Below, piece after piece: positions 18,847 to 28,422 of a stretch of DNA of 64,000 bases. The DNA is taken from positions 37,052 to 101,051 of the forward strand of contig CAZSKP010000016.1 in NCBI GenBank assembly GCA_964607485.1. Reading direction: 5' to 3'. The notes under the pieces are model-generated. The model did no database searches, was not told where the DNA came from, and saw only the letters and a program-made list of their open reading frames with translations. The translations under genes were made by a program, and so were the position numbers. How positions within the stretch are numbered: position 1 is the first letter of the stretch; every line of letters begins with the position of its first letter. This DNA is from an uncultured bacterium. Lineage in GTDB: Bacteria > Abyssobacteria > SURF-5.

Positions 18847-20541
18847 ATGAAGAAATTACTCAGGGTCGATATGACAAATCTTGAAGCGCGCCTCGAAAAG
18901 GCTCCGGCCGAGTACGCGACGCTCGGCGGACGCGCGCTGAGTTCCACGATTGTCAGCAAAGAGGTTCCGCCCACGTGCGACCCCATCGGTCGGCACAACA
19001 AGCTCGTGATAGCTCCCGGCCTCTTCTCCGGCACGGGTGCGCCGTGCTCGGGCCGGCTTTCGGTCGGCGCGAAGAGTCCGCTCACGGGCGGCATCAAGGA
19101 AAGCAACGTCGGCGGCACGGCCTCGCCGAAAATCGCGCGCCTCGGGATCGCGGCCATTGTGGTCGAAGGACAGCCGAACGACGACAAGCTCTATGTCCTG
19201 AAAGTTGACAAAGGCAACTGCTCGCTCGAGCCGGCCGATGAACTCGCCGGACTGGGCAATTACGCCGCATGCGAGCGGCTTCGCAAGAAATACGGCGAGA
19301 AGGTCTCGATAATCTGCATCGGGCAGGCGGGCGAGATGAGGCTCGCGGGCGCGAGCGTCGCCGTCACCGACATGGAAGGCTTGCCCAACCGACACGCGGG
19401 CCGGGGCGGGATGGGCGCCGTCATGGGCTCGAAGCGGCTCAAGGCGGTCGTCGTGGACGACTCCGGCGCGGGCGTCGTCCAGCCGAAGAACAAGCAGGCA
19501 TTCACGAAAACCGCGCGCGAGCTTTCGAAAGCGCTGCGCGAGGGCAAGGGCTTTCTCGAACAGCTCAGGTATTACGGCACTCCGGGCGGAATCCCGAACT
19601 TCAACGCCTTCGGGACGCTCCCGACGCGAAACTTCGGCGCGGGCTGCTACGAACACATGGACGAAATAGAGGGCGCGGCCATTGTCGCCGTGGCCAAGAG
19701 CCGGGGCGCAAAGCTGCACAGTTGCACGCCGAGCTGTCCCATCCGGTGCTCCATTGTCTATCACGACGAGGCCCACAAGTTCCTCGTCGGCGGCGTCGAA
19801 TACGAAACCGTCGCGATGCTCGGCTCGAACCTGCTCATCCACGACATCGACGCGATCGCGCGGATGAACCGGTTGCTGAACGACTGCGGACTCGACACGA
19901 TCGAGACGGGCGCCGCGCTCGGAGTGGCGATGGAATCAGGCTACATCAGGTTCGGCGACAGCGAGAGCGCGATAGAGATGATCGAGGAAGTGGCGAAGGG
20001 GACGATTCGCGGAAGGATGATAGGCAGCGGCGCCGTCGTGACAGGGAAGCTTCTGGGCGTGAAGCGCGTTCCGGCGGTCAAGGGCCAGGCGATTCCCGCG
20101 CATCATCCGCAGAGCAACAAGATCGTCGGCGTCACCTACTGCACCAGCCCGATGGGCGCAGACCACACGGCGGGCATCCTGTACGACGACACGATACACA
20201 ATCCCGAGGGCAAGGTGGAAAAATCGCGCGGCATCCAGACACTGATGGCGTTCGTCGATTCGCTCGGCGTGTGCATGTTCTCATCGAGAGGACTGCCCAA
20301 CTACACCGATTACGCGACCGCGCTGATGGCTGCGCTGACCGGCAAGCCGTGCACCGAGGCCGATCTCGCCGAGCTCGGCAAGAGAACGCTCAGGACGGAG
20401 CACGAATTCAATGTGCGTGCCGGCTTCACACGCGCCCACGACCGGCTGCCCGAGTTCATGACCGAGGACAAAATCAAGCCCCACGACCTCGTGTTCGACG
20501 TGCCGTACGACGAGGTCGACAAGCTCTACGACGAGATTTAG
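18847..20541 (+). CDS. Aldehyde:ferredoxin oxidoreductase (W/Mo-pterin), paralog 1
   Basis: KSPLTGGIKESN, AGRGGMGAVMGSK, PTRNF, EYET, GLDTIE, GADH; Fe-S Cys residues present. Confidence 0.93.
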   Translation: MKKLLRVDMTNLEARLEKAPAEYATLGGRALSSTIVSKEVPPTCDPIGRHNKLVIAPGLFSGTGAPCSGRLSVGAKSPLTGGIKESNVGGTASPKIARLGIAAIVVEGQPNDDKLYVLKVDKGNCSLEPADELAGLGNYAACERLRKKYGEKVSIICIGQAGEMRLAGASVAVTDMEGLPNRHAGRGGMGAVMGSKRLKAVVVDDSGAGVVQPKNKQAFTKTARELSKALREGKGFLEQLRYYGTPGGIPNFNAFGTLPTRNFGAGCYEHMDEIEGAAIVAVAKSRGAKLHSCTPSCPIRCSIVYHDEAHKFLVGGVEYETVAMLGSNLLIHDIDAIARMNRLLNDCGLDTIETGAALGVAMESGYIRFGDSESAIEMIEEVAKGTIRGRMIGSGAVVTGKLLGVKRVPAVKGQAIPAHHPQSNKIVGVTYCTSPMGADHTAGILYDDTIHNPEGKVEKSRGIQTLMAFVDSLGVCMFSSRGLPNYTDYATALMAALTGKPCTEADLAELGKRTLRTEHEFNVRAGFTRAHDRLPEFMTEDKIKPHDLVFDVPYDEVDKLYDEI

Positions 20542-20603
20542 CAAGACCGCCGCGCCCTGGACCACTCAGGCCGACGCCTCATGATGGGACGAGGAGGGGG
20601 TTG

Positions 20604-21290
20604 TTGATTGATTCGGCAATAGTCAAAGAGAAAGCGATTCAGAAAGGGGCGGACATCTGTGGGATCGCGCCGGTGGACCGGTTCACGAGCGCTCCGAAGG
20701 GCTTTCATCCGCGCGACGTCTATCGTGACTGCCAGTCGGTTGTCGTGCTTGCCGCCCGTTTCCCCTTGAGTGCGCTTCAGGCTGGAACCAATGCCCCATA
20801 TACCTTTGTAAGGAATATGATGGTTGACAAACTGGACCACATCTCTTTTCATCTATCCAAAGAGTTGGAAGCGGAGGGCATTGCATCGATTCCCATACCC
20901 TCGGCGGAACCGTATGACTACTGGGATGCGGCTCAGAGGCACGGCAGGGGGATTCTCTCGCTGAAGCATGCGGGATTTCTCTCCGGCATCGGCGTGCTTG
21001 GTAAGAACACCCTTCTTGTTAATGATATATACGGAAACATGATCTGGCTCGGAGCCGTTCTCGTGTCTGCGGCGCTGGAACCGGACCCAATTGCATCCTA
21101 TGAAGGTTGCATCCCCGAATGTACATTGTGCATAGATTCGTGTCTGCAACATGCCCTTGATGGGACAACTATCAACCAGAAACTCTGCAGGGAACGCTCC
21201 ATTTCTTCCACTGAGGGCGGCGGGTGGCTTCTCTCCTGTAACACGTGTCGGATTATCTGTCCCAATCACACGGGCCTTCACTACGGATGA
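20604..21290 (+). CDS. Epoxyqueuosine reductase (QueG)-like Fe-S protein
   Basis: GADICGIA, SLKHAG...GIG.LGKN, CIPECTLCIDSC and CNTCRIICP; GAGGAGG before TTG; only the 3' part of the 19269 ORF is real. Confidence 0.8.
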   Translation: MIDSAIVKEKAIQKGADICGIAPVDRFTSAPKGFHPRDVYRDCQSVVVLAARFPLSALQAGTNAPYTFVRNMMVDKLDHISFHLSKELEAEGIASIPIPSAEPYDYWDAAQRHGRGILSLKHAGFLSGIGVLGKNTLLVNDIYGNMIWLGAVLVSAALEPDPIASYEGCIPECTLCIDSCLQHALDGTTINQKLCRERSISSTEGGGWLLSCNTCRIICPNHTGLHYG

Positions 21291-22084
21291 CCCCTATCCG
21301 TTCGCTGCACGCAAGACCCCAAGCGCTGTGATGAGATTTCCGAGAGAGAAGGATTGACCGCTCCCGCCTCGGCCAAGAGCTCGCTCTTGAGCGGACGGGT
21401 GTGGATTCCGCACTCGCCGCCGCACTTGCTCGTCCCCACCCATCGGCCGGCCCGCTCGTTTGGCCCCGTGGTGATGCGCGTGCACGGCGCGCATCCGAGC
21501 GAGCGGTAGCCGCGCTCATACAGCGGGTTCACCGGCACGCCGTGTATGGCCAGGTACTGCCACACCTCGAGCTCTTTCCACAGCAGGATGGGATTCAGCT
21601 TGACGAGCCCCTTGTCGCGCTGTTCGACCTCGCGGAAATCGGTGCGGGTGCGCCCCTCGGTGCATCGCAGGCCCGTCACCCAGCACGCCACGTTCATCTC
21701 CTCGATTGCCCGGCGGGTTGGCCGGACCTTCAGTATCTCGCAGCAGCGGTCGGGATTGGTCGTGCAGAGGTCTTCGGCGACGGGCTCGTCGCTTCGGAAG
21801 ACCCTGAGTTCTGGATAACGCGCCACCTCGCGTTTCATGAACTCCACCGTCTCCGGCGGCTTGAATCGAGTGGTGACGATGAACCCGCGTATGCTCGGGG
21901 ATACGCGTTTGGCGAGGTGCCAGACGGCGACCGAATCTTTCCCCAGACTGTTGGCGACGACGAGCCGGTCGCCGAACTGTTCGTACGCTTCCCGCATGAG
22001 GCCGAGGGAGCGGTCAACTTTCTGCGCGAAGTTGAGCTCCTCCACGAGGCAATGGGTGTCCTGCGCGATTTCCCTGACAGCCAT
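21281..22084 (-). CDS. cysH: APS/PAPS reductase family protein (Fe-S APS-reductase type)
   Basis: SLGKDS, RCC, TGLR, GYRSLGCAPCT, RAGRW and ECGIH. Confidence 0.88.
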   Translation of the reverse strand: MAVREIAQDTHCLVEELNFAQKVDRSLGLMREAYEQFGDRLVVANSLGKDSVAVWHLAKRVSPSIRGFIVTTRFKPPETVEFMKREVARYPELRVFRSDEPVAEDLCTTNPDRCCEILKVRPTRRAIEEMNVACWVTGLRCTEGRTRTDFREVEQRDKGLVKLNPILLWKELEVWQYLAIHGVPVNPLYERGYRSLGCAPCTRITTGPNERAGRWVGTSKCGGECGIHTRPLKSELLAEAGAVNPSLSEISSQRLGSCVQRTDRGHP

Positions 22085-22111
22085 GTTGAATCCTCCTAGA
22101 GTTACGTGTTG

Positions 22112-22283
22112 CCGGTCTGTTGCTCAAAACGGCTTCTCTCTCAACAACGTTCCCCTGCCTCGTCATTGCGAGGAGCGTAGTGACGAAGCAATCCCGATAG
22201 CATCAGGGAAACGCTGAGATTGCTTTGGTCGAGTCTGTGACTCTTCCTCGCAATGACTCCGAATCGTTTGGGTAATGCTCCGT
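22112..22283. mobile_element. MITE-like palindromic repeat, copy 3 (inverted orientation)
   Basis: CGGTCTGTTGCTCAAA ... TTTGGGTAATGCTCCGT; core at 22162-22257. Confidence 0.7.
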
Positions 22284-22343
22284 CATTGGCGTTATGTCCC
22301 TACGGTAAGTGCGTTGAGTTTTGCATCGGTCAGAATTTATCAT

Positions 22344-22368
22344 TATTTCGACCGAAATAGTCGAGAAT
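22344..22368. promoter_or_regulatory. IscR/Rrf2-type operator upstream of cysH
   Basis: Minus strand ATTCTCGACTATTTCGGTCGAAATA; matches the second site at 22906. Confidence 0.65.
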
Positions 22369-22436
22369 TGGGGAAAATAAAAATGACTCTCCTCAACTTC
22401 TTTCTCTCCTAGCTTTGGGTGGCCCACACTTTGTGT

Positions 22437-22886
22437 TCAAATGCTGTACTCCGGCACGTACTTCTTGCGTCTCAGCCGCTCCTGTTGCACGAGGTCTTCG
22501 AACGTCGTCGAATCGTACACCTCCGACAATGCGTCCTTCACTCTCTCCCACATGGGAAGAAACGCGCAATCGTTGTGCAATGGGCATTGGTCGCCGCCGC
22601 TGCCCGCGATACACTGCACTGGCGATAGGGGTCCCTCGATGAATCGTATGATTTCGCCCACTGTCAACGCAGCGGGGGATCGAGTAAGTACGTATCCACC
22701 GGCGCTCCCGCGCCTGGATTCGACAAATCCCCCCTGCTTCAATTGATTCAAGATGACCTCAAGAAAGCGGGTGGGAATCGCCTGAGTCTTGGCGATGTCG
22801 GCAATTTTCACAGGTCCTTCGCCCTGGTGTTTGGCCAGTTCGAAGGTAGCTCGCAGTGCGTACTGGCATTTTTGGGACAACGACAT
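22437..22886 (-). CDS. Rrf2 family transcriptional regulator (IscR-like, three Cys)
   Basis: YALRA, FLEVIL, VESRRGSAGGY and C-x8-C-x5-C. Confidence 0.93.
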   Translation of the reverse strand: MSLSQKCQYALRATFELAKHQGEGPVKIADIAKTQAIPTRFLEVILNQLKQGGFVESRRGSAGGYVLTRSPAALTVGEIIRFIEGPLSPVQCIAGSGGDQCPLHNDCAFLPMWERVKDALSEVYDSTTFEDLVQQERLRRKKYVPEYSI

Positions 22887-22905
22887 CTGGCGGTCTCCGC
22901 GAGGG

Positions 22906-22930
22906 ATTCCTGACTAAGTCAATCAAAATA
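22906..22930. promoter_or_regulatory. IscR/Rrf2-type operator (autoregulatory)
   Basis: ATTCCTGACTAAGTCAATCAAAATA, overlapping the -10/TSS of the rrf2 promoter. Confidence 0.65.
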
Positions 22931-22956
22931 GTATCATAATTCCGGTCGCTTGTCAA
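22928..22956 (-). promoter_or_regulatory. sigma70 promoter of rrf2
   Basis: TTGACA-17-TACTAT on the minus strand. Confidence 0.7.
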
Positions 22957-23002
22957 GACTCCCGGAGATTATCCCAAGACTGGCGTGGGGAGGCGGCTTC
23001 GC

Positions 23003-23242
23003 TCAGCCGCCGCCGACGGGAGGGAAGACGCCCACGTGGTCGCCGTCACGCAACCTGTAGTCCGATGGCTGCATGGTCGAGTTGACAAACGCGGTCTTCA
23101 CTTCGTCGGCCGGAATGCCGAGCCGGTCATAGAGGTTGCTCAATGCCGAGCCCTCGGGCATTTCGACTTCAATCGCCTCGTGCATTATTGAGCTTCCCGC
23201 GTACTTTGTGAGAATCGCATAGAGCTTCACATAGACTCTCAT
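23003..23242 (-). CDS. MoaD/ThiS family sulfur carrier
   Basis: Beta-grasp fold; C-terminus FPPVGGG; directly follows the AOR gene. Confidence 0.9.
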   Translation of the reverse strand: MRVYVKLYAILTKYAGSSIMHEAIEVEMPEGSALSNLYDRLGIPADEVKTAFVNSTMQPSDYRLRDGDHVGVFPPVGGG

Positions 23243-23310
23243 GGAAGATCTCTCGTGCATCACCGGCCAACCAGTTCCGCGCAGCGCTTCCGTTGTCTTT
23301 CCCGCGTCGC

Positions 23311-25044
23311 TCAGAAATTGTACACCGCGTCGAGTTCCTCGTGGGAAACATCGAAGACGGTATTGTGCGGGGGCAATTTCTCCTTTTCGAAAAACGTCGG
23401 CAGCCTGTCGTCCTCGGCGGTGAATCCGGCCTTCGAGTTGAATTCCCGCTCCGCTCTGAGAACGGTCTTACCGAGCTCCGTCACGCTGTTGGCGGTCAGG
23501 TCGAGTCCGTACTGCGCGTTGATCATCTCATAGACGGCCTCGAACGCCGCTGGAATATCGAGCACGGCGAACGCTACGAACAGGCACAGCCCCGTGCTGT
23601 CGATCGCGGCGGTCGCAACCTGCAGGTCGCGGGAAAGCTCGACTTGCCCCTTCGTCTTCAGGGGGTTCACCTTGTCGCCGACGCCGAGCACGTTGGCCGT
23701 GAGGCTGTAGCCGGCCGTATGGTCGGCGCCCATTGTGGAAGTCGCGTACGTGACCCCCATTCCCTTAATGGCGCGCGGGTCGTAGGCGGGAAGCGCCTGT
23801 CTCTTGACGACGGGAACCCGATCGACGCCGAACACCTGGCCGGTCACGGCGGCGCCGTTGCCCAGGATGCGACCGAGCGGAGTCGCTTTGCCGACCTCTT
23901 CCCTGAGGAGTCTGATGGCGCCCTTGCCGTCGCCGAATTGGATGAATCCCGATTCCATCAGCACGGCGAACGTCGCGCCCATCTCGATCGTGTCGAGTCC
24001 GATATCGTCATACAACCGGTCCAGTCTGGCGATGACGTCGAGGTCGCTAATGCCGCAGTTTGGGCCGTTCGCCCAGACGGTTTCATACTCGGGTCCCTTG
24101 GTAAGGTACTTCTTGTTCCTGTCCATGTAAACCCGCGAGCATTGAATGATGCATCCGCGATGGCACGGGTGGGTCGCCACGCCGCCGCGTTTCAGTATTA
24201 TCTCGCGCTGCATCTCGCCGCTCACCTTGGCGGCGTCCTCGAACTGGCCGGCGCTGAAGTTGCGCGTCGGCAGTCCGCCGGCCTCGTTGACGATGTTGGT
24301 GAGGATGTTGGTCCCGTACGTGGGCAGCCCCTCGCTCGTGATGGCATGCTCTCTGAGCGCCTTTGTGAACTTGTTGACAGCCCGCTTGAACGCGGGCTGG
24401 TCCTTAATGGGGACCGGCGGGGCACCCGTGTCGTCCACCACGATCGCCTTCAGGCCTTTTGCTCCCATGACCGCGCCAAGGCCGCCGCGACCCGCGTGCC
24501 TCGTGGGGCGGTTCTCAAGGTCGGTGACGGCCACGCTTGCCGCCGACATCAGCCGTTCGCCCGCCGTCCCGATGGTGATGTAGGAGACCTTCTGCCCGTA
24601 CACTTTCGAGAGCTTTTCGACCGCCTTATAGTTGTTGGCGCCTTTCAGCTCATCCGCCGGCAGAAGCTCCGCTCCATCCTTATTTATAACGAGCTTCCAG
24701 AGAGTTCCTTTCGGCGGCTCGCCCGAAACTGCGATTGCGGCGATGCCGAGCCGGGCGAGCTTCTGCGCTGCGGTACCGCCGGCGTTGCTCTCCTTGATTC
24801 CGCCGGTCAGGGGGCTCTTCGCGCCCACCGAGAGTCTGCCCGAGCAGGGAGCGATGGTGCCGGACAGGAGCCCGGGCGCAATCACGAGTTTGTTCTGCCG
24901 ACTGAGAGCATGACAAAGCGGCGGCACTTCCTTGCCCACGACCGTCGAGGTGAGCGCCCGCCCCGCGAGGCCGGCATACTTGGCGGCGACCGGCTTTTCG
25001 GTTACCTTGCGTGACGTCATGTTTACGCGAAGTATTCTGTCCAT
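23311..25044 (-). CDS. Aldehyde:ferredoxin oxidoreductase, paralog 2
   Basis: Same AOR motifs (KSPLTGGIKESN, HAGRGG, PEYET, GLDTIE, GADH). Confidence 0.93.
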   Translation of the reverse strand: MDRILRVNMTSRKVTEKPVAAKYAGLAGRALTSTVVGKEVPPLCHALSRQNKLVIAPGLLSGTIAPCSGRLSVGAKSPLTGGIKESNAGGTAAQKLARLGIAAIAVSGEPPKGTLWKLVINKDGAELLPADELKGANNYKAVEKLSKVYGQKVSYITIGTAGERLMSAASVAVTDLENRPTRHAGRGGLGAVMGAKGLKAIVVDDTGAPPVPIKDQPAFKRAVNKFTKALREHAITSEGLPTYGTNILTNIVNEAGGLPTRNFSAGQFEDAAKVSGEMQREIILKRGGVATHPCHRGCIIQCSRVYMDRNKKYLTKGPEYETVWANGPNCGISDLDVIARLDRLYDDIGLDTIEMGATFAVLMESGFIQFGDGKGAIRLLREEVGKATPLGRILGNGAAVTGQVFGVDRVPVVKRQALPAYDPRAIKGMGVTYATSTMGADHTAGYSLTANVLGVGDKVNPLKTKGQVELSRDLQVATAAIDSTGLCLFVAFAVLDIPAAFEAVYEMINAQYGLDLTANSVTELGKTVLRAEREFNSKAGFTAEDDRLPTFFEKEKLPPHNTVFDVSHEELDAVYNF

Positions 25045-25195
25045 GGAAACGACCTCCCCCCGCCTAAGAAGACAGATGACCGCTCTGTTGACATCGACTG
25101 AATTATGCCACAGACGAGGCCGTCAATTCAAGCTTCTGAAACGTCGGGCAGTGGAGGCAGGCTGGGGCGAAGAGGTATCCGAGGTCACGATATAA

Positions 25196-25384
25196 GAGCC
25201 CGTTGTCCAAATGATTTCTTGTGCAACAACATTCTCCTGGCGCGTCATTGCGAGGAGCAAAGAGCTGCAAGCTCGAGCGACGAAGCAATCCCGACGGCAT
25301 GGGGGGAATGCCTCCGAGATTGCTTCGGTCGAGTCTGTGATTCTCCCTCGCAATGACTCCAAATCATTTGGGCAACAGGCCCGT
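25196..25384. mobile_element. MITE-like palindromic repeat, copy 4 (inverted orientation)
   Basis: GAGCCCGTTGTCCAAATGATTT ... AAATCATTTGGGCAACAGGCCC; core at 25244-25357. Confidence 0.75.
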
Positions 25385-25407
25385 AAGGCCTGACCCCACT
25401 TTCCTGC

Positions 25408-28400
25408 TTACTGAATGTTGGCGCTCAAGCGGGTCTGTTCGACGATGCGGAGTATCCTTCTTATCCTGGTCCGCAGTTCCTCGTCCTGCGCCGAGGCGGG
25501 ATAGGTGAGCGCTTCTCGGCAGATGAGCTCCGCCTTCTTGTAATCCCCTTTGAGGTAGTAAACAACTACCGTGTTGTAGGCCGAAACGAGCGAGCGGGGA
25601 TTGATTTCGCGAGCCGCCTCGAAGACGTCCAGCGCCGCGTCGTATTGACCCCGTTCTCCGTAAATCAAGCCCAGATTATTATAGGCGGGCTCGAAGTCCG
25701 GCTTGAGTTCGATCGCTTTCCGATACATCTCGATGGCGACGCCGGGATTCTGGATTTTTTCGCAGAAGGTGGCCATGTCGAAGTAGCCGGCGTGATTGTT
25801 CGGATTCTCTCTCAGCCGAGCGAGCCGCTGGTTCCATTCCTGTTCGACGGTCTTCTGTGTTACTCCCAGCATGTAGTGCGCCGCCGGGTTATCGGGGTCG
25901 GCGGCCAGCGTTCTTTTCCACTGCCTCGCGGCCGCGATGTACTCCTCGCGCCTGAACAAGTAGCTCGCTTTGATCAGTCCGCGGGCAATCATGTTGTACG
26001 AGTCAACCGAATGTCGCACGGCCCTTTTTTGCTCGCCGGTTTTGCCGAGGTTGACCAGGAGCGGCCTTCCCGCGGGCGCGTCGATGGGCAATTGGCCGAA
26101 GGCCGCATAATCATATTTCCCGAAGAACTCGATGCGCGGCTGATCGTATGTGTTGATCTCCGCAGTGTCGCACACATAGTTCTCAATGCCGGTCTTGTCC
26201 ATCGCGAACGTGTTCACAAACTCCACCGGGCCGGGCATGCCGATTTCTCTCAGGTCTTCGGCGACCTTGGGATTGCTCAGGTCCTCGACCAGCCGGGCAT
26301 AGTCTATGACGATTTCATCGGGCGAGCCCACGAGGATGAAGTAATTATAGAGCGGTGTGAACCAGAGCTGGCAGTCGGGGAACACGTGCGCGAATGATTT
26401 CAGTATGATCTTCAACTCCCTCTCGGAGAGGAGATGGTAGGGAATCCACTCGGCCATGATGCCGCCCGGGTTTAATTTCGACAGGCAGTCCTCATAGAAT
26501 TCGACCGCGTACAGGTTTCCGTTTCCGGCATGCTTCGGGTCGATGGAGTCAACGGTGATGACGTCGTAGGTTTTCTCGGTCGCGTGCACGTAATTCCGGC
26601 CGTCATCGATGATGGCGTGGAAGTTTGGGGCATTCAACACGCCGTGGTTCACCTCGTCCAGATATGAGGCCGCCTTCAGGACTGCGGGCACGATCTCCAC
26701 GAGGTCGATCCGGTCCAGACCGTATTGGCTGATCGCCCACGAGGTGCCCCCCGCGCCGAACCCGACGATCAGGACGGTCTTGGGGTCGGCGTGCAGGAGA
26801 ACGGGGTAGTGGCCGAGCGCCTTCTGTATCTCATGGAGCGACACGCGCGCTCCCGCCACCTCGTAGCCGTTGATGCTGATCGACTTCTTCTCGTCGGGAA
26901 GCTCGTACACCTTCACGGTCGCCGTGTTGTCTTCTTCGTAAAACAAGAGCTTGCTCCAGCGCTCGTCCTGACGTCGGAAGAAGATTTCTTTGGGCGCAAT
27001 CACGACGCTCAGCAGCGCCGCTGCGGCGATGGATGCCACGAGGACATTTCTTCGAACGACCGAAACGCCGCTCATCCACACGGCCGCGAGCGCCAGCCCG
27101 ATGTTCACGGCCGCGACAACGATTACTCCCTTCTGGATGCCGAACAGCGGGATGAGCACGAAGCCCGCCGCGAACGCGCCCGCCATCGAGCCGAGTGTGT
27201 TCTTGCTGTAGATGTTTCCGATGCTCCCGCCGAGCCTCTTCATGTTCCTCGCGTAAAGCTTGCTCAGAAGTGGAAAGGCCGCTCCCATCAGGAGGGTGGG
27301 CACCAGCATCAGCATCGCGCTCTTTGCCATTGTCACGTATACGGGCACGCCCCAAAAGTTGGCCTCGAAAAGCCTCGAGAGGCTGCCAAGGCGGTGGAAC
27401 ACGGCGTCGAAAACCGGAAACGCGAAAATCGCCCACAGGCCGATGACGAGCTCGAATCCGGCGAGCCAGACCCACAGGTTCTTCTGCCGGTCGGCAATTT
27501 TTCCGAACAGGTATCCTCCAACGGCGATGCCCAGGAGCAATGTCGTCAGCATCGACGAAAAAGCATAGACCGAATTGTTCATGTAGAAGACCAACACCCT
27601 CGTCCAGAACACTTCATATGCGAGCGAAGCCATTCCCGCAAGCGCCGCACACCAGAGAACGATCCGGAGGGTGCGGTGCAGCTTCTTCTCCTCCATCCCC
27701 GACGATTTTATGTCGACTTCGGGAGAATCGGCGGCGACCGTCGTTAGTTCGGCAGAGGACACGCGGTCCAAGAAAGAGTAAAGAGCCAGCGCGATAAGGC
27801 CAATCGAAAGATTGGCGCAGATGTTCCACGTCATCGTTCGGGATACGCCGAGTATGCCGATCAGATAGAAGCCGGTGAGAAAGCACCCGACCACGGCGCC
27901 GAATGTGTTCGCGAAATAGAGAGTGCCAACTCCGGAGCCGAGCTTTTCGAGGCGGCGGACGAAGAATCGCACAACCACCGGCAGCGTGCCGCCCATCAGA
28001 GTCGTGGGGATGATGAGTATCACAAAGGCGAGCGCGAAGCGTACGAGAGCCAACGCCGCATTCGAGCCGACGAGGTGTTTGTACAGGAGCGTATGGATGG
28101 CGTCCGTTGCGCCCAGCGCATAGGGGAGCGCGAGAGCGCTCAGCGCGATTCCGATCTCCAGAGCGCCGTACAGCAAGAGTGACTTTCGTGGATGATCATC
28201 GATCTTCTTGCCGAAGTACCAGCTTCCCAGACCCAGGCCGGCCATGAACGCGCACAACACAGTGCTCACCGCGTAGCTTGTGTTCCCGAACACAATGGTG
28301 AGCATCCTCACCCATAGTGTTTGGTACACAAGCGCCACCCCGCCCGAAATGAAAAAACACACAACGATGGCCATGACCAAGACGCGATGCGTGAGCGGCA

Positions 28401-28422
28401 GACGCGTGTCCGTTTTCATCAT
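25408..28422 (-). CDS. Fused MFS-like membrane domain/spermidine synthase-like SAM-binding domain with C-terminal TPRs
   Basis: About 13 TM helices, then VGFGAGGT, VEIV, DDGRNY and YDVITVD, then TPRs (AYNNLG). Confidence 0.88.
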   Translation of the reverse strand: MMKTDTRLPLTHRVLVMAIVVCFFISGGVALVYQTLWVRMLTIVFGNTSYAVSTVLCAFMAGLGLGSWYFGKKIDDHPRKSLLLYGALEIGIALSALALPYALGATDAIHTLLYKHLVGSNAALALVRFALAFVILIIPTTLMGGTLPVVVRFFVRRLEKLGSGVGTLYFANTFGAVVGCFLTGFYLIGILGVSRTMTWNICANLSIGLIALALYSFLDRVSSAELTTVAADSPEVDIKSSGMEEKKLHRTLRIVLWCAALAGMASLAYEVFWTRVLVFYMNNSVYAFSSMLTTLLLGIAVGGYLFGKIADRQKNLWVWLAGFELVIGLWAIFAFPVFDAVFHRLGSLSRLFEANFWGVPVYVTMAKSAMLMLVPTLLMGAAFPLLSKLYARNMKRLGGSIGNIYSKNTLGSMAGAFAAGFVLIPLFGIQKGVIVVAAVNIGLALAAVWMSGVSVVRRNVLVASIAAAALLSVVIAPKEIFFRRQDERWSKLLFYEEDNTATVKVYELPDEKKSISINGYEVAGARVSLHEIQKALGHYPVLLHADPKTVLIVGFGAGGTSWAISQYGLDRIDLVEIVPAVLKAASYLDEVNHGVLNAPNFHAIIDDGRNYVHATEKTYDVITVDSIDPKHAGNGNLYAVEFYEDCLSKLNPGGIMAEWIPYHLLSERELKIILKSFAHVFPDCQLWFTPLYNYFILVGSPDEIVIDYARLVEDLSNPKVAEDLREIGMPGPVEFVNTFAMDKTGIENYVCDTAEINTYDQPRIEFFGKYDYAAFGQLPIDAPAGRPLLVNLGKTGEQKRAVRHSVDSYNMIARGLIKASYLFRREEYIAAARQWKRTLAADPDNPAAHYMLGVTQKTVEQEWNQRLARLRENPNNHAGYFDMATFCEKIQNPGVAIEMYRKAIELKPDFEPAYNNLGLIYGERGQYDAALDVFEAAREINPRSLVSAYNTVVVYYLKGDYKKAELICREALTYPASAQDEELRTRIRRILRIVEQTRLSANIQ

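Noticed and set aside
19269-20600. 5' part of the 673-aa ORF 19269-21290
   Set aside because: Arg-rich shadow frame over AOR1. The real QueG-like gene starts at about 20604 after GAGGAGG.
3947-25384. Repeats as a CRISPR array
   Set aside because: Dispersed rather than regularly interspaced, and no cas genes are present
3974-25393. Small ORFs such as RHCEER..EAI / SLRGR... at 3974, 12275, 22203 and 25105
   Set aside because: Translations of the palindromic repeat, not independent genes
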